A DNA stretch of 64,000 nucleotides, from the NCBI GenBank assembly GCA_012295275.1, contig CM022672.1:33604001-33668000 (forward strand), written 5' to 3'. Below the pieces are notes generated by a model. That model did no database searches and was not told the DNA's origin. It saw only the letters and a list, made by a program, of their open reading frames with translations. A program made the translations under genes and the position numbers. Position 1 is the stretch's first letter; each line of letters starts with the position of its first letter. This document shows, piece after piece, positions 11,391 to 24,694 of this stretch. Source of the DNA: Chrysomallon squamiferum (lineage: Eukaryota; Animalia; Mollusca).

Positions 11391-13250
11391 TTTTCAGTAT
11401 AATTTCATTGTATTTATTTATTTAGTTGTTTGTTGGGCTTTTTTTTATTATTTATTTATTGATTTATTGATTTAGTTTTCTCTTAACTACAAATAAAATA
11501 CGTTTGCCAGTCCGTATACATTTTTAAAACTTACCTTACTGTTAATCAACATCCAGTAGATTTAACTTTCCACATATTTACTCACTCTCATAATTTTGTT
11601 TCGCTCAGCGTAGATGATGTTAGAGCTTTCTGCTTTAGATTTAATTTTATCTCAATCAGTTTATTGCCTTTTTTGGATATGTGACCTTCCTTTATTTCTT
11701 AGAAAAGAGAAAGTTCTTTGTGACGTATTTTTCTTGGTAAAAGAAAGTAGACTGTCTTTGTCTGGTTGAACAATTGATGGCAGACTCTGTGTTATTCATT
11801 GGATAAAAAATATGGTAGTATACGCCCTACACACAAACGAGTCCTTAAATATTTAGAAAAACACTAACATAACAATAATTAAAAAAAAAAAAAAAAAAAA
11901 TAAACGAAACAAAATTGTGTCAGCGTATTTATAACTATACTAACGAAAAAAAAGTAATTTTGCATCATGAAGAGAGTTGTGAACTCTGCATGAAACGAAT
12001 GTGCGAGGAGTGAACTATGATCAAAATATTGAAATCAGTGCTTTCATAATATGTACTGATTTTTTCTGTTGTTTTTCTTTCATTAACTTCAGAAAATGTG
12101 TGACTGTGGAACATTATATGATGCACAGTTAATTTTTTGACAAGAGTATCTGAGAGCGAGCTAACCTTAATGAGTCATCCTAAACTCCGTCTGGCCTCTC
12201 AAGTATGTCCCGGTTTGCCAGATGTTATAATTAGAAGTAAGTGTGGTGACACAGATAAATCAAAATATAGAAAGCAGGTCACCCGATGAGAAACTTTAAA
12301 AGAATTTTACATGTAAAATAGTTTTATTTTATTTTTAAATTGTTATTGTTTCGTATTACTACCTACTAGTTGTATACTAATACGACTACAAATACTACTA
12401 TAACAATTGTTATTTTCTTTCTTTTATTTCTTTTTTCTTTTTTCATACTTTTTTCTGGTTTTTTCTTTTATTTCTTTTATATTGAATATTATTATATATT
12501 TCATATTCGAGGTCCGTCTTTATTTTTCGTATTTTCCGTTCGTTATTTATAGACTTCTTTAAATTCTTTAATTATTATTATTATTATTTTTTTTTTTTTT
12601 TATTTATTTTTTTTTTTTTCAATTTCATTTTGCCTGATTTAACTGATTAAAACAAGTACTCGTTTCATAATGTTTAATCATTTTGAGGATGAAAAAGAAA
12701 AAACGGTGATATTTATGTGTTTGCTTCTCTGCGTCTTTTAAAGGTTTAAGCTGACACACGTGTGTAGCGAAACATTTAGACTTTAACTAAGACATTAATT
12801 TTGTAAAGAGCGATGTGTTACCAGTGAACGTACAAAGCCGCCGCACACGTATAATACACTCGTACGAGTCAGCATTGTAAAGTTTCGTCACAGCAGGCAG
12901 GTTTCTTTTGTAACAAAACAATAAACTCAGTTCCATGCATGAGCTGCTAAACGTAATGTGAAAAGTAAATGACAGGTTTTTATGTCAATCTGTATTTACG
13001 TCCTTACCAGATATACTTTGATCAATAAGAATTTAAATTTATTTATTATTATTATTATTTTTTTTTTTTTTTTTTCCCGGTTTTAATTTTTTTTTAAAGC
13101 GTGATAATTTGAAGCTGGCTGTCATTTTGTGTTTATTTCAAATCAGTCAAATAAATTATTTTTCATTTTCTTTCCACCAGCCTAAAACTACTTACTCTTG
13201 TTTTAATACCTGCCTGACTACTTACTTCGTAGCTTTCAAGACGCTTGGTT
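11152..13250. repeat. Module B: diverged duplicate of the sacsin promoter/first exon, ending about 70 bp upstream of the MSMB-like ATG
   Basis: Colinear homology to 8191-9490. Donor (11535) and GAS1 TTCTTAGAA (11696-11704) are kept; the TATA-like box, GAS2 (TTCTTGGTA) and CCAAT are mutated. Confidence 0.8.
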
Positions 13251-13318
13251 GTTTTTGTTGTCGTTGCTAAGTTAAGTAAGTTCCACGGTCATAAATTCAT
13301 CGAGTGAGAAAAGCGAAC

Positions 13319-13409
13319 ATGCTGGTTTTCGCTGTCCTAACTTTGTCTGCGTTTCTTTGTACCTCAGACTCTTACTGTCTGAGAAGGGAGCTAAAGTACA
13401 ATAGCACAG
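13319..13409 (+). CDS. MSMB: Beta-microseminoprotein (PSP94)-family gene, exon 1 (signal peptide)
   Basis: ATG at 13319, MLVFAVLTLSAFLCTSDSYCLRRELKYNST, donor ACAG|GTAGGT, phase 1. Confidence 0.85.
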
Positions 13410-13986
13410 GTAGGTTCATCATTTCTGTCGTTTGGCATTCAAACCGAGATAACTGGATGTGTTTATAAGAAACATATGTTATTATTAATATAGCTTACCT
13501 TCTTCGTTTTCGTCAATTAATTAATATTTATATATATTCCAAGGTAGCTTTTTCTTTTCTTTGTAAAGTAAGTATCTAGTTAAAACTAAGGAATTTTATG
13601 AATGTGACATTAAAACCTGACTGACAGGTAGAAAGAGGACACCGAGAAGAATGATGAAGGATTAAATAATGAGATGTCACGCGTGTTTTTTTTGTTTTTT
13701 TTTCTTTTGTTTTTTTTTTTTCTTTTTTTTTCGTTGTTTTACTGAGCTTTAAAAACAGGACCAAACTTTTATTACAACATGACAGGAAAAGGGGTCTTTA
13801 TTTAATTTTTTTCATGTTACCTCTTTTCAAAATGGCAGAAACATTTACTACAAAGTGCTGTTTGTATACGTTTACTGATGCTAAAACGGTGAATCTATAT
13901 TTGTTTATTAGACGTAAAAATTATCGGCTCGATTTATTCACAATTTAGGCAAACACATACACACAAACACACACATACATACATAC

Positions 13987-14061
<75 letters not shown>

Positions 14062-14331
14062 TATAGATATATATATATGTATATATCTGTGTGTGTTATT
14101 TTGAGGGAGAGGTGATATGTGTATATATATATATATATATATCACACAGACATTCAAACACACACACACACACACACACACAAATGCTGTCGCTTGTATC
14201 TAGGACGCGATAAGAAAGAAAAAAGATTAAATATGTGCTTAGGGAGCAAAGATTAACATAGTTTCAGTCACATTATCATAATATGAGAGCAGTTAAACTG
14301 GACATTTACTAAACTATTGCTGTTGTTGTAG

Positions 14332-14455
14332 ATGACGGACATATTAAACCGTACTGCCAGTTTGACGGTGTTGTGATGTCACCGGGAGATACTGTTAAAT
14401 TCGAGAATAAGTGTTTAAAGTGTCGCTGTTCAGATAAGGAACTTTCATGTTGTGG
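14332..14455 (+). CDS. MSMB: Beta-microseminoprotein-family gene, exon 2
   Basis: TTGTAG| acceptor and GG|GTATGT donor. DDGHIKPYCQFDGVVMSPGDTVKFENKCLKCRCSDKELSCC has the family CxxCxC-x6-CC signature. Confidence 0.9.
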
Positions 14456-14591
14456 GTATGTATTGTCCTGCATTGGTCAAACAAATAAAATCATTTTAAA
14501 TTTCTAAAAACAATCTAAAGCTAACGATGATCAAAACAACGAAGATTATGATGATTACGATGATGATGTCATGATGATGAATCTTATCATG

Positions 14592-14636
<45 letters not shown>

Positions 14637-14899
14637 TTATTTATTTATTTATTTATTTGTTTATTTATTTATTTATTTACTATTTTTTACAGTTTTACTA
14701 GGCAGATTCCTTTGCATTAGTTACAGCATATTGCTTTTAAAAGGAATTTATATAATAATAATAATAATAATAATAATGATGATGGTGATGATGGCATTGA
14801 TGATGACTGTTGTTGTTATGATGATGACGACAACAATGATGATGAGGATGATAATAATAATGATAATGACTTTATTGATGATGATAATTTAAAAAAACA

Positions 14900-15335
14900 C
14901 AAACCCCTCCAACAAAGCCTGTGTAAAATACAAGTTGACACCTGAGGATGTTGTCGCACACGACGAGTAATGACATCCCACTGGTGTTTTCCTTGCGACA
15001 TCTCTGTTAAGCAGGCAATGATTACACCACGTTGACGTTGCTACACTAAAGAAGATGTCTACGATTCTGGCTGTATGGGCTTTGGCACTGTCATGCTGAT
15101 AAATGATATCACGTGGCTGGGTCAGAAAAATCAAAGGAAGCAGAATGTCGATGTAACCCTTTTCCCTTAACCTTTCGTTAACGATGACCTGTGGTGTCCT
15201 CACGTGCCCACAGGACCAGACCCATCGTAATGACAGTCCCTACATCAGATGGCAACATCTTCTGGAAAAAAAAAAAAAAAAAAAAAAAAAAAACAGCCGC
15301 CATTCGTTGTGGTCTTCATATGAAACGTGACCCCT
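14900..15335 (-). mobile_element. Degenerate Tc1/mariner transposase fragment in intron 2 of the MSMB-like gene
   Basis: Remnants SRF...GLVLW...YIDILLP...YQHDSAKAHTAR...KHQWDVITRRVRQ parallel the Tc1 motifs DESRF, GGSVMVW, QQDNARPHTAR and IEHLWD. Confidence 0.7.
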
Positions 15336-15439
15336 AAAACATTTATTTATTTATTTTTATAAACCAATTAAAAGTGAAGCTACTTTTCAATTTTCATAAC
15401 TGCAAAACCCGTGTGTGTGTGTCTATGTGTGTGTGTGTC

Positions 15440-15471
<32 letters not shown>

Positions 15472-15663
15472 CGTGCGCGTACATATTACTAACACTACTG
15501 CCATCACCATTACTACTACTACTTCTGCTACTGCTACTACTACTACTACTACTACTACTACTATTATCACCATCATCATCATTATTGTTATTATGATTAT
15601 TATTATTATTATTGTTGTTGTTGTTGTTGTTGTTGTTGCTGTTGTTATTGTCGTTGTACACAG

Positions 15664-15790
15664 ATATGGTATCAGTGCGGGAGTAATTCAACCTCCAGAC
15701 GGATGCATCGTCAAAGCAGACGGTTGCAAAGCTCTGCTGGTGAAGGCTGACGATACGTCACGTGACTGCTCGACGGGAAAGTTACTATGA
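15664..15790 (+). CDS. MSMB: Beta-microseminoprotein-family gene, exon 3 (stop TGA ends 15790; AATAAA at 15836-15841)
   Basis: ACACAG| acceptor, phase 2 compatible. GYGISAGVIQPPDGCIVKADGCKALLVKADDTSRDCSTGKLL*. Spliced CDS is 342 nt = 113 aa with 10 Cys in the mature chain. Confidence 0.9.
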
Positions 15791-16728
15791 GAGTGAAAGA
15801 ACTTTTTCGTAACTGTAAAACGAAAGTAAAACTGAAATAAAATATTTCGCTAGCTGAATTTATCTAACTCATGTATTAATTTTGTTCACGCTTTTTAATA
15901 TTCAGTTGGGGCGTATGTTTGATCATAGAATATGTTTGTGTTTTTTGGTGGGTTTATTTTTTTTTTTATGTCAAGCCAGGATGATTCGACTATATCATTT
16001 CATGTTGTACATTCCAATCTTTTGTGTTATAAAAGAAATGATTTGCTAGTTTACAGTTATACTGTTCCTGTATCTGGAATCTACTGCTGGTGTCTAACGG
16101 TTTGCTGTTTCTTATTAAGTGCTGATAAGTGATGTTTAAGACACACATACATATATTGAGAAACTGCAGGTGACATCTCCTCACTCTTCTGCTAGGTGAT
16201 AAATCCATCGTAACTAGATGAGATAGAAACAGGAATGAAAGGTTGTTCTGTATAGTATGATGACGATAGTATTATACCATCATGAAATAGATTATTGACC
16301 ATTGCTCATCTCAGTTAGTTATCTCTAGGCAAATGATGATCTGTTTGTGATTCTATGTACTAAATGTATTATTCAACGATCAAACGTCCGTTTAAATGAC
16401 ATCCTTTCGATCGTTCGTTATTTTCTTTTTTAGTTTAATTTTAATTTTGTTATTTTTCTTCTTACATTAAAAAAAAATATAAAAAATTAAAGTTTATTTT
16501 ATTTTATTTCTATTATTGTTATTATTTATTTATTTACATATTTTTATTTTATTTATTATTATTTTTTGTTTTGGTCACATAGTTTTAAAAACTTAAAATC
16601 GATGCAACATCTGTAGCACTGATGCTAACGCTACTGTATAAATAAAAGTGTTTATACGAACAACAAATTCACTCAGGAGATAATCAACATAAAAATTCAA
16701 TTAAATTTGCCAATGACACAATAATGAC

Positions 16729-16764
<36 letters not shown>

Positions 16765-16765
<1 letters not shown>

Positions 16766-16812
16766 GTAATAGGAGTAGTAGTAGTAGTAGCAGTAGTAGT
16801 AGTAGTAGTAGC

Positions 16813-16865
<53 letters not shown>

Positions 16866-16866
16866 C

Positions 16867-16901
<35 letters not shown>

Positions 16902-16971
16902 CAGTAGTAGTAGTAGTAGTAGGAGTAGTAGTAGTAGCAGCAGCAGTAGTAGTAGTAGTAGTAGTAGCAGC

Positions 16972-17038
<67 letters not shown>
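16765..17038. repeat. (GTA)n/(GCA) compound trinucleotide repeat
   Basis: Directly visible; source of the poly-Y and poly-V ORFs. Confidence 0.9.
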
Positions 17039-17568
17039 ATCTTTTCTTGAAAGGGTACAGTTAGAAGTGAGCTGAATAATCCATGGTTTTGGCTGTTGTT
17101 TCACAGCATCAGAGCTATTATCTTAATATTTTTAGTTCACTTTTTCAGTTGCATGATAATTTAAACATTCATCATCATTCCAACATTACGACAGCTGCCA
17201 AGCTACGACTGCATGAACAACAATAAATAAAACAATACTAATAGTATCAATTAGATATTAAGAAATAAAAGAAACAAAGAAATTAATTGAAAGGAAAAAA
17301 AATCGATTTGATCTAGATTGGAAATAAAATATGTAAATAAAATAAACTTGAAAAATGGAAATAAAATTGAAAATAACAATAAACATAAATTGAAATAGGA
17401 TAAATTTAAATATATAGATATATAATAATAATAATAATAATAATAACACAAAATAAAAAATAAGAGAAAATAAAAATTAAATTAAATCAAATCAAATAAC
17501 AAATATATAATAATTATGATGAAACATGTATCTGTCTGTGTGTGTTTGTGTGTGTGTCTTTGAGGGAC

Positions 17569-17662
<94 letters not shown>

Positions 17663-17821
17663 AAAAACAAGAGAAATATATATAAAAATATCTATCTAAA
17701 ACGTGTATATATGTGTAAGTATGTATGTGTGCGTATGTGTGTGTGTGTAAACATACATATGTATTTATGTATGTTTACACACACACACATACGCACACAC
17801 ACACACATTCTCACACACAAA

Positions 17822-18541
17822 CAATGGTACCTTGACTTACGAGTTTAATTCCTTCCGTGACCGAGCTCGTATAACAATTTGCTCGTATATCAAATTATTT
17901 TCCAAACTGAAATTAATTGAAATACCATTAGTCGATTCCAGCCCCCCAAAAAACAATCGCATGTTTTTTTTGTTACATGTTTTTAAACAAGAAAAAATAT
18001 ATTTATAAATGAAAATATTGTATAAAAACAAAATAAAAGAGAATGTAAAGAAATATATTGGCTTTGTAAAGTGTATTTATCTTGGAGATCAGAAAAATTA
18101 TATTAACGCCTTTGGCTGGAGTTACAGCCTTTATCGAGTCCTTCAGCTTCAGTATGGTACATATCGTGTAAGTACTACGCTCGTACTGCCTAGCCAAGTC
18201 GACTGTAAGCTTTAATTAAATGGACATCATCCGATTCTTCTTCTCAGCACTGTCCTTTGCACTCACTTTCTTAGGATCCATGGCCAGAAAAAAGAAATTT
18301 GGTAAAATACTGCACAAAACGCGAGTACAACAGAACAGATTTGCTTCCGTGGTGAGGTAACCGCGTGAAGTAAACGAGTATATTGGCCGGATGTTACGTA
18401 GTTCGTTGCGCCAACCAGCGGCAACTGAAGCTCGCTCGTAACTCGGATTATGGCTTGCAACTCAAAGCAAAAAATTGATTGGGCTACTGCTCGTAACTCG
18501 AAAAATTCGTAAGCTGGGGCACTATTAAGTCGGGGTACCAC

Positions 18542-18543
<2 letters not shown>
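17822..18543 (-). mobile_element. Internally deleted Tigger/pogo-like DNA transposon
   Basis: Imperfect TIRs CAATGGTACCTTGACTTA / CCGTGGTACCCCGACTTA, TA at the right end. From ATG 18281: MDPKKVSAKDSAEKKNRMMSI*LKLTVDLARQYERSTYTICTILK, a CENP-B-type HTH N-terminus. Confidence 0.85.
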
Positions 18544-18625
<82 letters not shown>

Positions 18626-19549
18626 CATACATACATATATACATATATACATATATATACATACATATATACCCTAACTTAGCAAATTGGTCCTAACTTT
18701 TTTACAAAGCCACGGATCGCAGTTTAGTTTATACCTACTTGTAGAATCTGCTAGCAGTTCTTTTTTTGTTTTTTTTGTGTTTTTTTTTTTTTTTTTTTTT
18801 TTATTATAACATTTTATATTTTGTACTTTCAAGGTAGAAGTTTTGAAAATGTCGCTAACATATTTACTATTTACCTAAATAGCTTCCTTTAATACAGTTT
18901 GTCATCTCGTAATTAACCTGTAAGCATCATTAAAGTAAGTAAATACGTTAACCATTCATTTCTACAAATATTCCTAACAGTGTGTATTAAATATCTGCTG
19001 TTAGTTAACAGTAATCCAATACCTGAAATCACCTAACAATTAACAGTCATTAGCGAGAGACAAAAGGAATTTTTTGTCAGCTACGCTCTGCTGACTTCAG
19101 GGAAGCCCACGACGTGTTTATTTAAGTAAAAGACAAAAGAGACGAGAGAGAAAAACACAGAACAAAGAGAAGAAAGACGCAGGTGGGACTGAGACGATGG
19201 CGGTCATCATTAGGCAATTATGTTGGTAAATATATTTCGCGTTATCTTTGTTTAAGTCGGAAGCAGGGACAAATTGTTATCCTGTTTCTGTATGCTCTGT
19301 TTGATTTGTTGATCAGTTTTAATGTAACCTGTATAGAGAGTTTGAGTTATATATATATTTTCTCTAAAATAACCTGTTTAAAAAGAATTACGAATTACAG
19401 TATTTCTCACGTCCTCAACCGCTAAATAATAAGAATGCATGTGCAAAATAAATAATTATCTTTGTAATATAAATATTGTGTTTTATTTTGATGTTCTCTG
19501 TGGATACTTGATACTTGATATGCAAATTTAACCATATATATTCTATATA

Positions 19550-19595
<46 letters not shown>

Positions 19596-21502
19596 GTAGT
19601 AGTAGTAGTAGTCGTAGTACTAGTAGTAGCATTAAGTAGTAATAGTAGTAGTAATAATAATAATAATAATATTAATAATAATAATAATAATAGTAGTAGT
19701 AGTAGTAGTCGTAGTACTAGTAGTAGTTACAACAGCATAACACAGGTACATCAACGAAGGCTCTCTCAGTAGTAATAATCTACTGATCTCTAATACAACT
19801 TTCTATTCAATGAAAACACAGGAATGTCTCAATTTTTAACTCTCCATTGAAGACTCTAATTTGGGAGGTAATTAATCTTCAAACTAATCTTAACATCCTT
19901 GTCATTGAACATTTGTTTTTTTTTTATTTTTTGCAAAGACTTTAATGATATTTCTGAAAATAAAACAGAATTTATAATGAAAAAATATATATATATAAGA
20001 TCAGGGCAAAAACCAGTGGAAAACTCAAAAAGACGTGAAGAATATTATATTATTGTTTGTTTTTTGCAATTTTAGATATTTCAAAGCTTTTGTTACCGTT
20101 TTCTTGCAAAAAATTGATTTATAATTGTTTTTTTTAATTCATTATCCATGCCGTTTTAATTCCTGTTATTAACGTTTTATTATTTATTTTTTTAATTATT
20201 ATTGTTATTATTATATTTCGCATGCCACACATTTTAATCCAAATATCAGTTGGGCAAACAAACTGAGATATTTCATTTTAATGACTTGCCAACGTTTCCT
20301 TAATTTGCCCTAGGGAAACTAAACCATAAAATTTAGTTATGATTTTAAAAATTAAAAATAAAGATAATACACGTCTGATCCTGGTTAAAAGAATGTGAAT
20401 TATTTTAGCAAAAGAAAATTGTCGTGACCAAATGAAGTTACACAAAGCGAAATTTGTTTCAAAATAAAATAATATCGTTCTGGTTAATAAAATTAAAATT
20501 AAAATTAAAATAAATTTAAAAAAAATATAGAAAATGAAAGATTAAAAAATTTAAAAAGAAAAAAGCAATAATAAAAAAAGGAAGTAAGAAAAAAAATCTA
20601 ATCTAATAAAATAAATAATAAGGAAGAGGAAAAAATACTGGAAATGTCATCAGTCTAAACATCTTCTTTACAGTTTTTCATTTTTTATGCACTTGTTTAT
20701 TAGTATTTACTTTTTTAAATTATGTTTTCATCACTTGCTAGTAACCGAGTGGGTTTGATCCTGTCGTCAATTAGACAGTTTTACAAAACAGACTTGACAG
20801 TTAATTATCTTATAATGATTTTTAAAACTGATTCTCCATTAATTAATTAATTAATTAATTTATTTATTTATTTATTTATTGTTGTTGTTGTCAGTATTAT
20901 TACGTGATAATAATAATAATAATAAATAATAATAGTGTTATTATTATTATTGTTCTTATTGTTCTTTTTATTGTTCTTATTATTATTACTGATATAATTA
21001 TTTGTGTTAATGTATTAATATAATAATAATAATAGTAATAATAATAATAATAATAAATATAAATATTGTTGTTGTTGTTCTTTTTCTTCTTCTTCTTCTT
21101 ATTATTATTAAACAAATAAAAAAAAATAAGCCTTATTTTTGCAATGACAAAGTCTCGTTTTCTTTTGTCTATTTTTGTTCGCTTGTGTTTCTCATTTTCT
21201 AAACAGTCGGATATATATTGTTTGCGTTGAACATTAATTTCCTATGCATAGCGATAAAAACCACATTAAAACAGATGAAATCAAATATATATATCTTTCT
21301 TTTCATAGCTTTATGATCAGGCGGATTAAAAGAGATATGTCAAACGTTTACAGAAACACAATACAAACAAACAGAGAGACGCGAATGACCTTTAATATCT
21401 AGACACACGTATAGGCAAATATGTATATGCAGTCATGTATGTATACCACAAACAAAATTGTTCTCACCTAGTAACGTCTGCCCACACACACATACACACA
21501 CA

Positions 21503-21590
<88 letters not shown>

Positions 21591-21698
21591 TTCTTAAAAT
21601 TTAACCTTGTTTGAAAGACGTTATATTACAGCCTTAAATTAAAAAATGAAAATAGTTAAATCTTTCACTGTCTGTCTGATTGACTCTATCTCTATCTC

Positions 21699-21796
<98 letters not shown>

Positions 21797-22210
21797 ATAT
21801 ATTGTTATAGTTACTGTATAATGAGAGACGGTGAGAGTTTTAACTATTTTCATTGTATTAGTTTAAGGCTGTCAGGCTGTAATATAATGTCTTTCAAACA
21901 ATAATGTCTTTCGATTCTGATTGTAATCTACTCGTTCTCTTTTATCCCGGATTCTGAGAACACAATTGAATAAGTAACGCCCACACACGACACTGAGAAG
22001 TGAAAACGCAAGAAAGAACTGGACGTCAGCAGAGGAAGTTTGAGAGGAAAAGCATAATAACTTTAAACGTGATCTTGATGGTTTATGACGTCTGCCGTTT
22101 TCTAAAGATAGGTACCAATCCAAATATATGTTTAAAACGTAAAGATGCTGTTAATTAAAAGGCTAGCTTTAGTGTGTAAATGTATTAGATAAAATCTTAA
22201 TTTTAATATA

Positions 22211-22992
22211 CCGTATATACTTGTGTATAAGTCGAATTGTTGGGAGACTATATTAAGGTAATATTTTGGGGGTCGACTTATACATAGGTAATGCTTTTGT
22301 AGCTGTTGCTGAAGAGTCGCCATTTTGACTATTTTTTGCTACGGGATGCATCTAAAATAATCGCGGTCTTTCAGCTTTTCAAAAATATAATTTTATCGTA
22401 TAACATTTTTTGAAAAATTAAATAACAAAACCAAATATGAATGTAAAACATGATATTCTTCCGTTTAATGACATAAAAATACATTTTAAAGCGAGAAAAC
22501 CGTCAGTACGGCGTTATGCCTTAAGGCGTCTTGCAATGATCTAGGAATGCAGACTTCTCTGCCAAATTGCACTAAATATCGGTCCTAATTTCATAAACAA
22601 AACTCACTTGTTTAATTGTAAAGAATTTGGTGAAATAATATTGCAATCGTCATTAATATCCACTTTGTAAATCATAGAACGGCTAAATATAACGGTAAGT
22701 TAGGTCTCCATGTTAGACCTATTACATTAAAGAGATACTATTTATAATACATTTAGGCTATAGCTCGTGTAATACATGCATTTACGTTATTATGGTATGT
22801 TCGTGCAAGTTATGTTACAGTAGGCGTACAATGTAGGCCTTCATGGCACTGTCACACTGGTCTAAAAATAGTGACGGTGCCTGGAATCTAGAGTCGACTT
22901 ATACACAAGTAATATCTAAAATGACGCAATTTTTGGTCTTAAAATACACATCGACTTATACATAAGGTCGCCTTGTACACAAGTGTATACGG
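22211..22992. mobile_element. Non-autonomous Tc1/mariner-superfamily (Tc2-like) element, 782 bp
   Basis: TA target duplication on both sides. TIRs CCGTATATACTTGTGTATAAGTCGA / CCGTATACACTTGTGTACAAGGCGA. Internal TCGACTTATAC repeats near 22273, 22894 and 22951. Confidence 0.85.
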
Positions 22993-24252
22993 TAAATCTT
23001 TATAAGATATATATATATAGATAGATATATATAAACTTTAAAATATAGAAATATATAGAATATACCTTTCTGAGTTAGCTTTATAATGCAGAATGTATTT
23101 GAATTTATTTATAGAATAACTGACACAAAATGTAGGCAAGTTTTAAAGCAAGACCGCATGATTGAACCTCGGTTTGAAACTATTAACCTGAGCTGAAAAC
23201 TGTAATTCAGAATGATGACGTCACAAAAAAACTCGAGTTATCTAATGTGTTAACATTTTGTCAAAAATCCGCACTGTATTAAGTTAACATAATCTTCATT
23301 TTGACTTCAGAACGCGAGTTAAATACGTTAAAACAAGTGAACCTTAAATTAAAACAGGTTTTAAAAAACAAACAAATTTCAGTATAACTTCAAAAAACTC
23401 ATATAGGTACGTGAACGTAAAATTTAAAAATAGCGAAAGGAAAAAAAAAAAAAAAAAGACACATGACATTAACCTAAATTAGATATGTTGAAACAAATTA
23501 AAACTTTAAACTTTCAGTCTCCGTTACAAAACGGAGCCACGACCATTAAATCTGTTGTGAAAACGTAACGCGACGTCAACCTAATTTAAAAAACGTTGTT
23601 AACTCAAACGTAAACGTAAAACGTTGACGTAAAATTCACAACCACAAACAACAACGTTTGACTGGCTTAACAAACCCACTAATGAATCCGACGACCTGAG
23701 TTTAAAACGATACAAAAAAAAAAAAAAAAGAAGAAGAAGAAAAACGGAGACATACTGATTCTTTGAAAAAAATTTCAGTCTTTGAAATTTGACACTGATG
23801 TCAGTGAGACCATTAGCTGAAGACATCAGTGGTCAAGATGTTGACCGTTCAGGCGAGCCGCACGCATGGAAATGTCTGTGTTCGATTATTTGTAGAAACT
23901 GGTTAAATATTAATTCATATCCTGAAATAGCGGTCACACTTTCAGAGCGTAATTACCAAACAACATGGACGATTCCAAGCAGTGATGTGAAATCACGCCC
24001 ACTCACACAGTCTACGTAGCTATCGAACCAATGGAAATCGAGAATAGTCGCACGTGTTTCTTAGTGACACGTTATCTTAAATCGGGCTCCGCCTACCTAA
24101 TAATCGTTGTAATATATTTGGTGACTTTATTTCATAACCTGATTCATTTTATCACTTGGAGGAAAAGTCCGAAAACTCCTCAGAAAGGTAAGTTATGGTT
24201 TATTATTATTATTATTATAATTATCATCATTATTGTCATCATCATCATCATC

Positions 24253-24302
<50 letters not shown>

Positions 24303-24659
24303 TAATGGCCTTTATTACTACTATAATTATCATAATCATCGTCATTACTATTATCGTTATTGTCACTGTTATTATCATTATTATTGTTGTTGTTGTTATT
24401 GTCATTATTATTATTACTATTATTATTATTGTTATTATGAAAAAAATATATACATACGTGAAATATATACATATATGAACATATATATATATATATATAT
24501 ATATGGGCGAGAGCTATTTTATTTCTATCTATAAATACAATCTTCTAATAGCAAAATTAAAACAAAGAGTTAAGCATGATTGAAATGAGAAACAAAGAAA
24601 CAAAAGAAATAATAATAACAATAATGAAACACCCCAGTTTCCTGCTATTAGAAAAAGCC

Positions 24660-24694
<35 letters not shown>

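Noticed and set aside
16210-16345. C/D snoRNA or hairpin (ATGATGA boxes; TAACTAGATGAG/CTCATCTCAGTTA)
   Set aside because: No suitably placed CTGA D box, and the stem is short and imperfect.
24031-24187. Coding exon MEIENSRT...
   Set aside because: No recognisable homology and no compatible downstream exon found.
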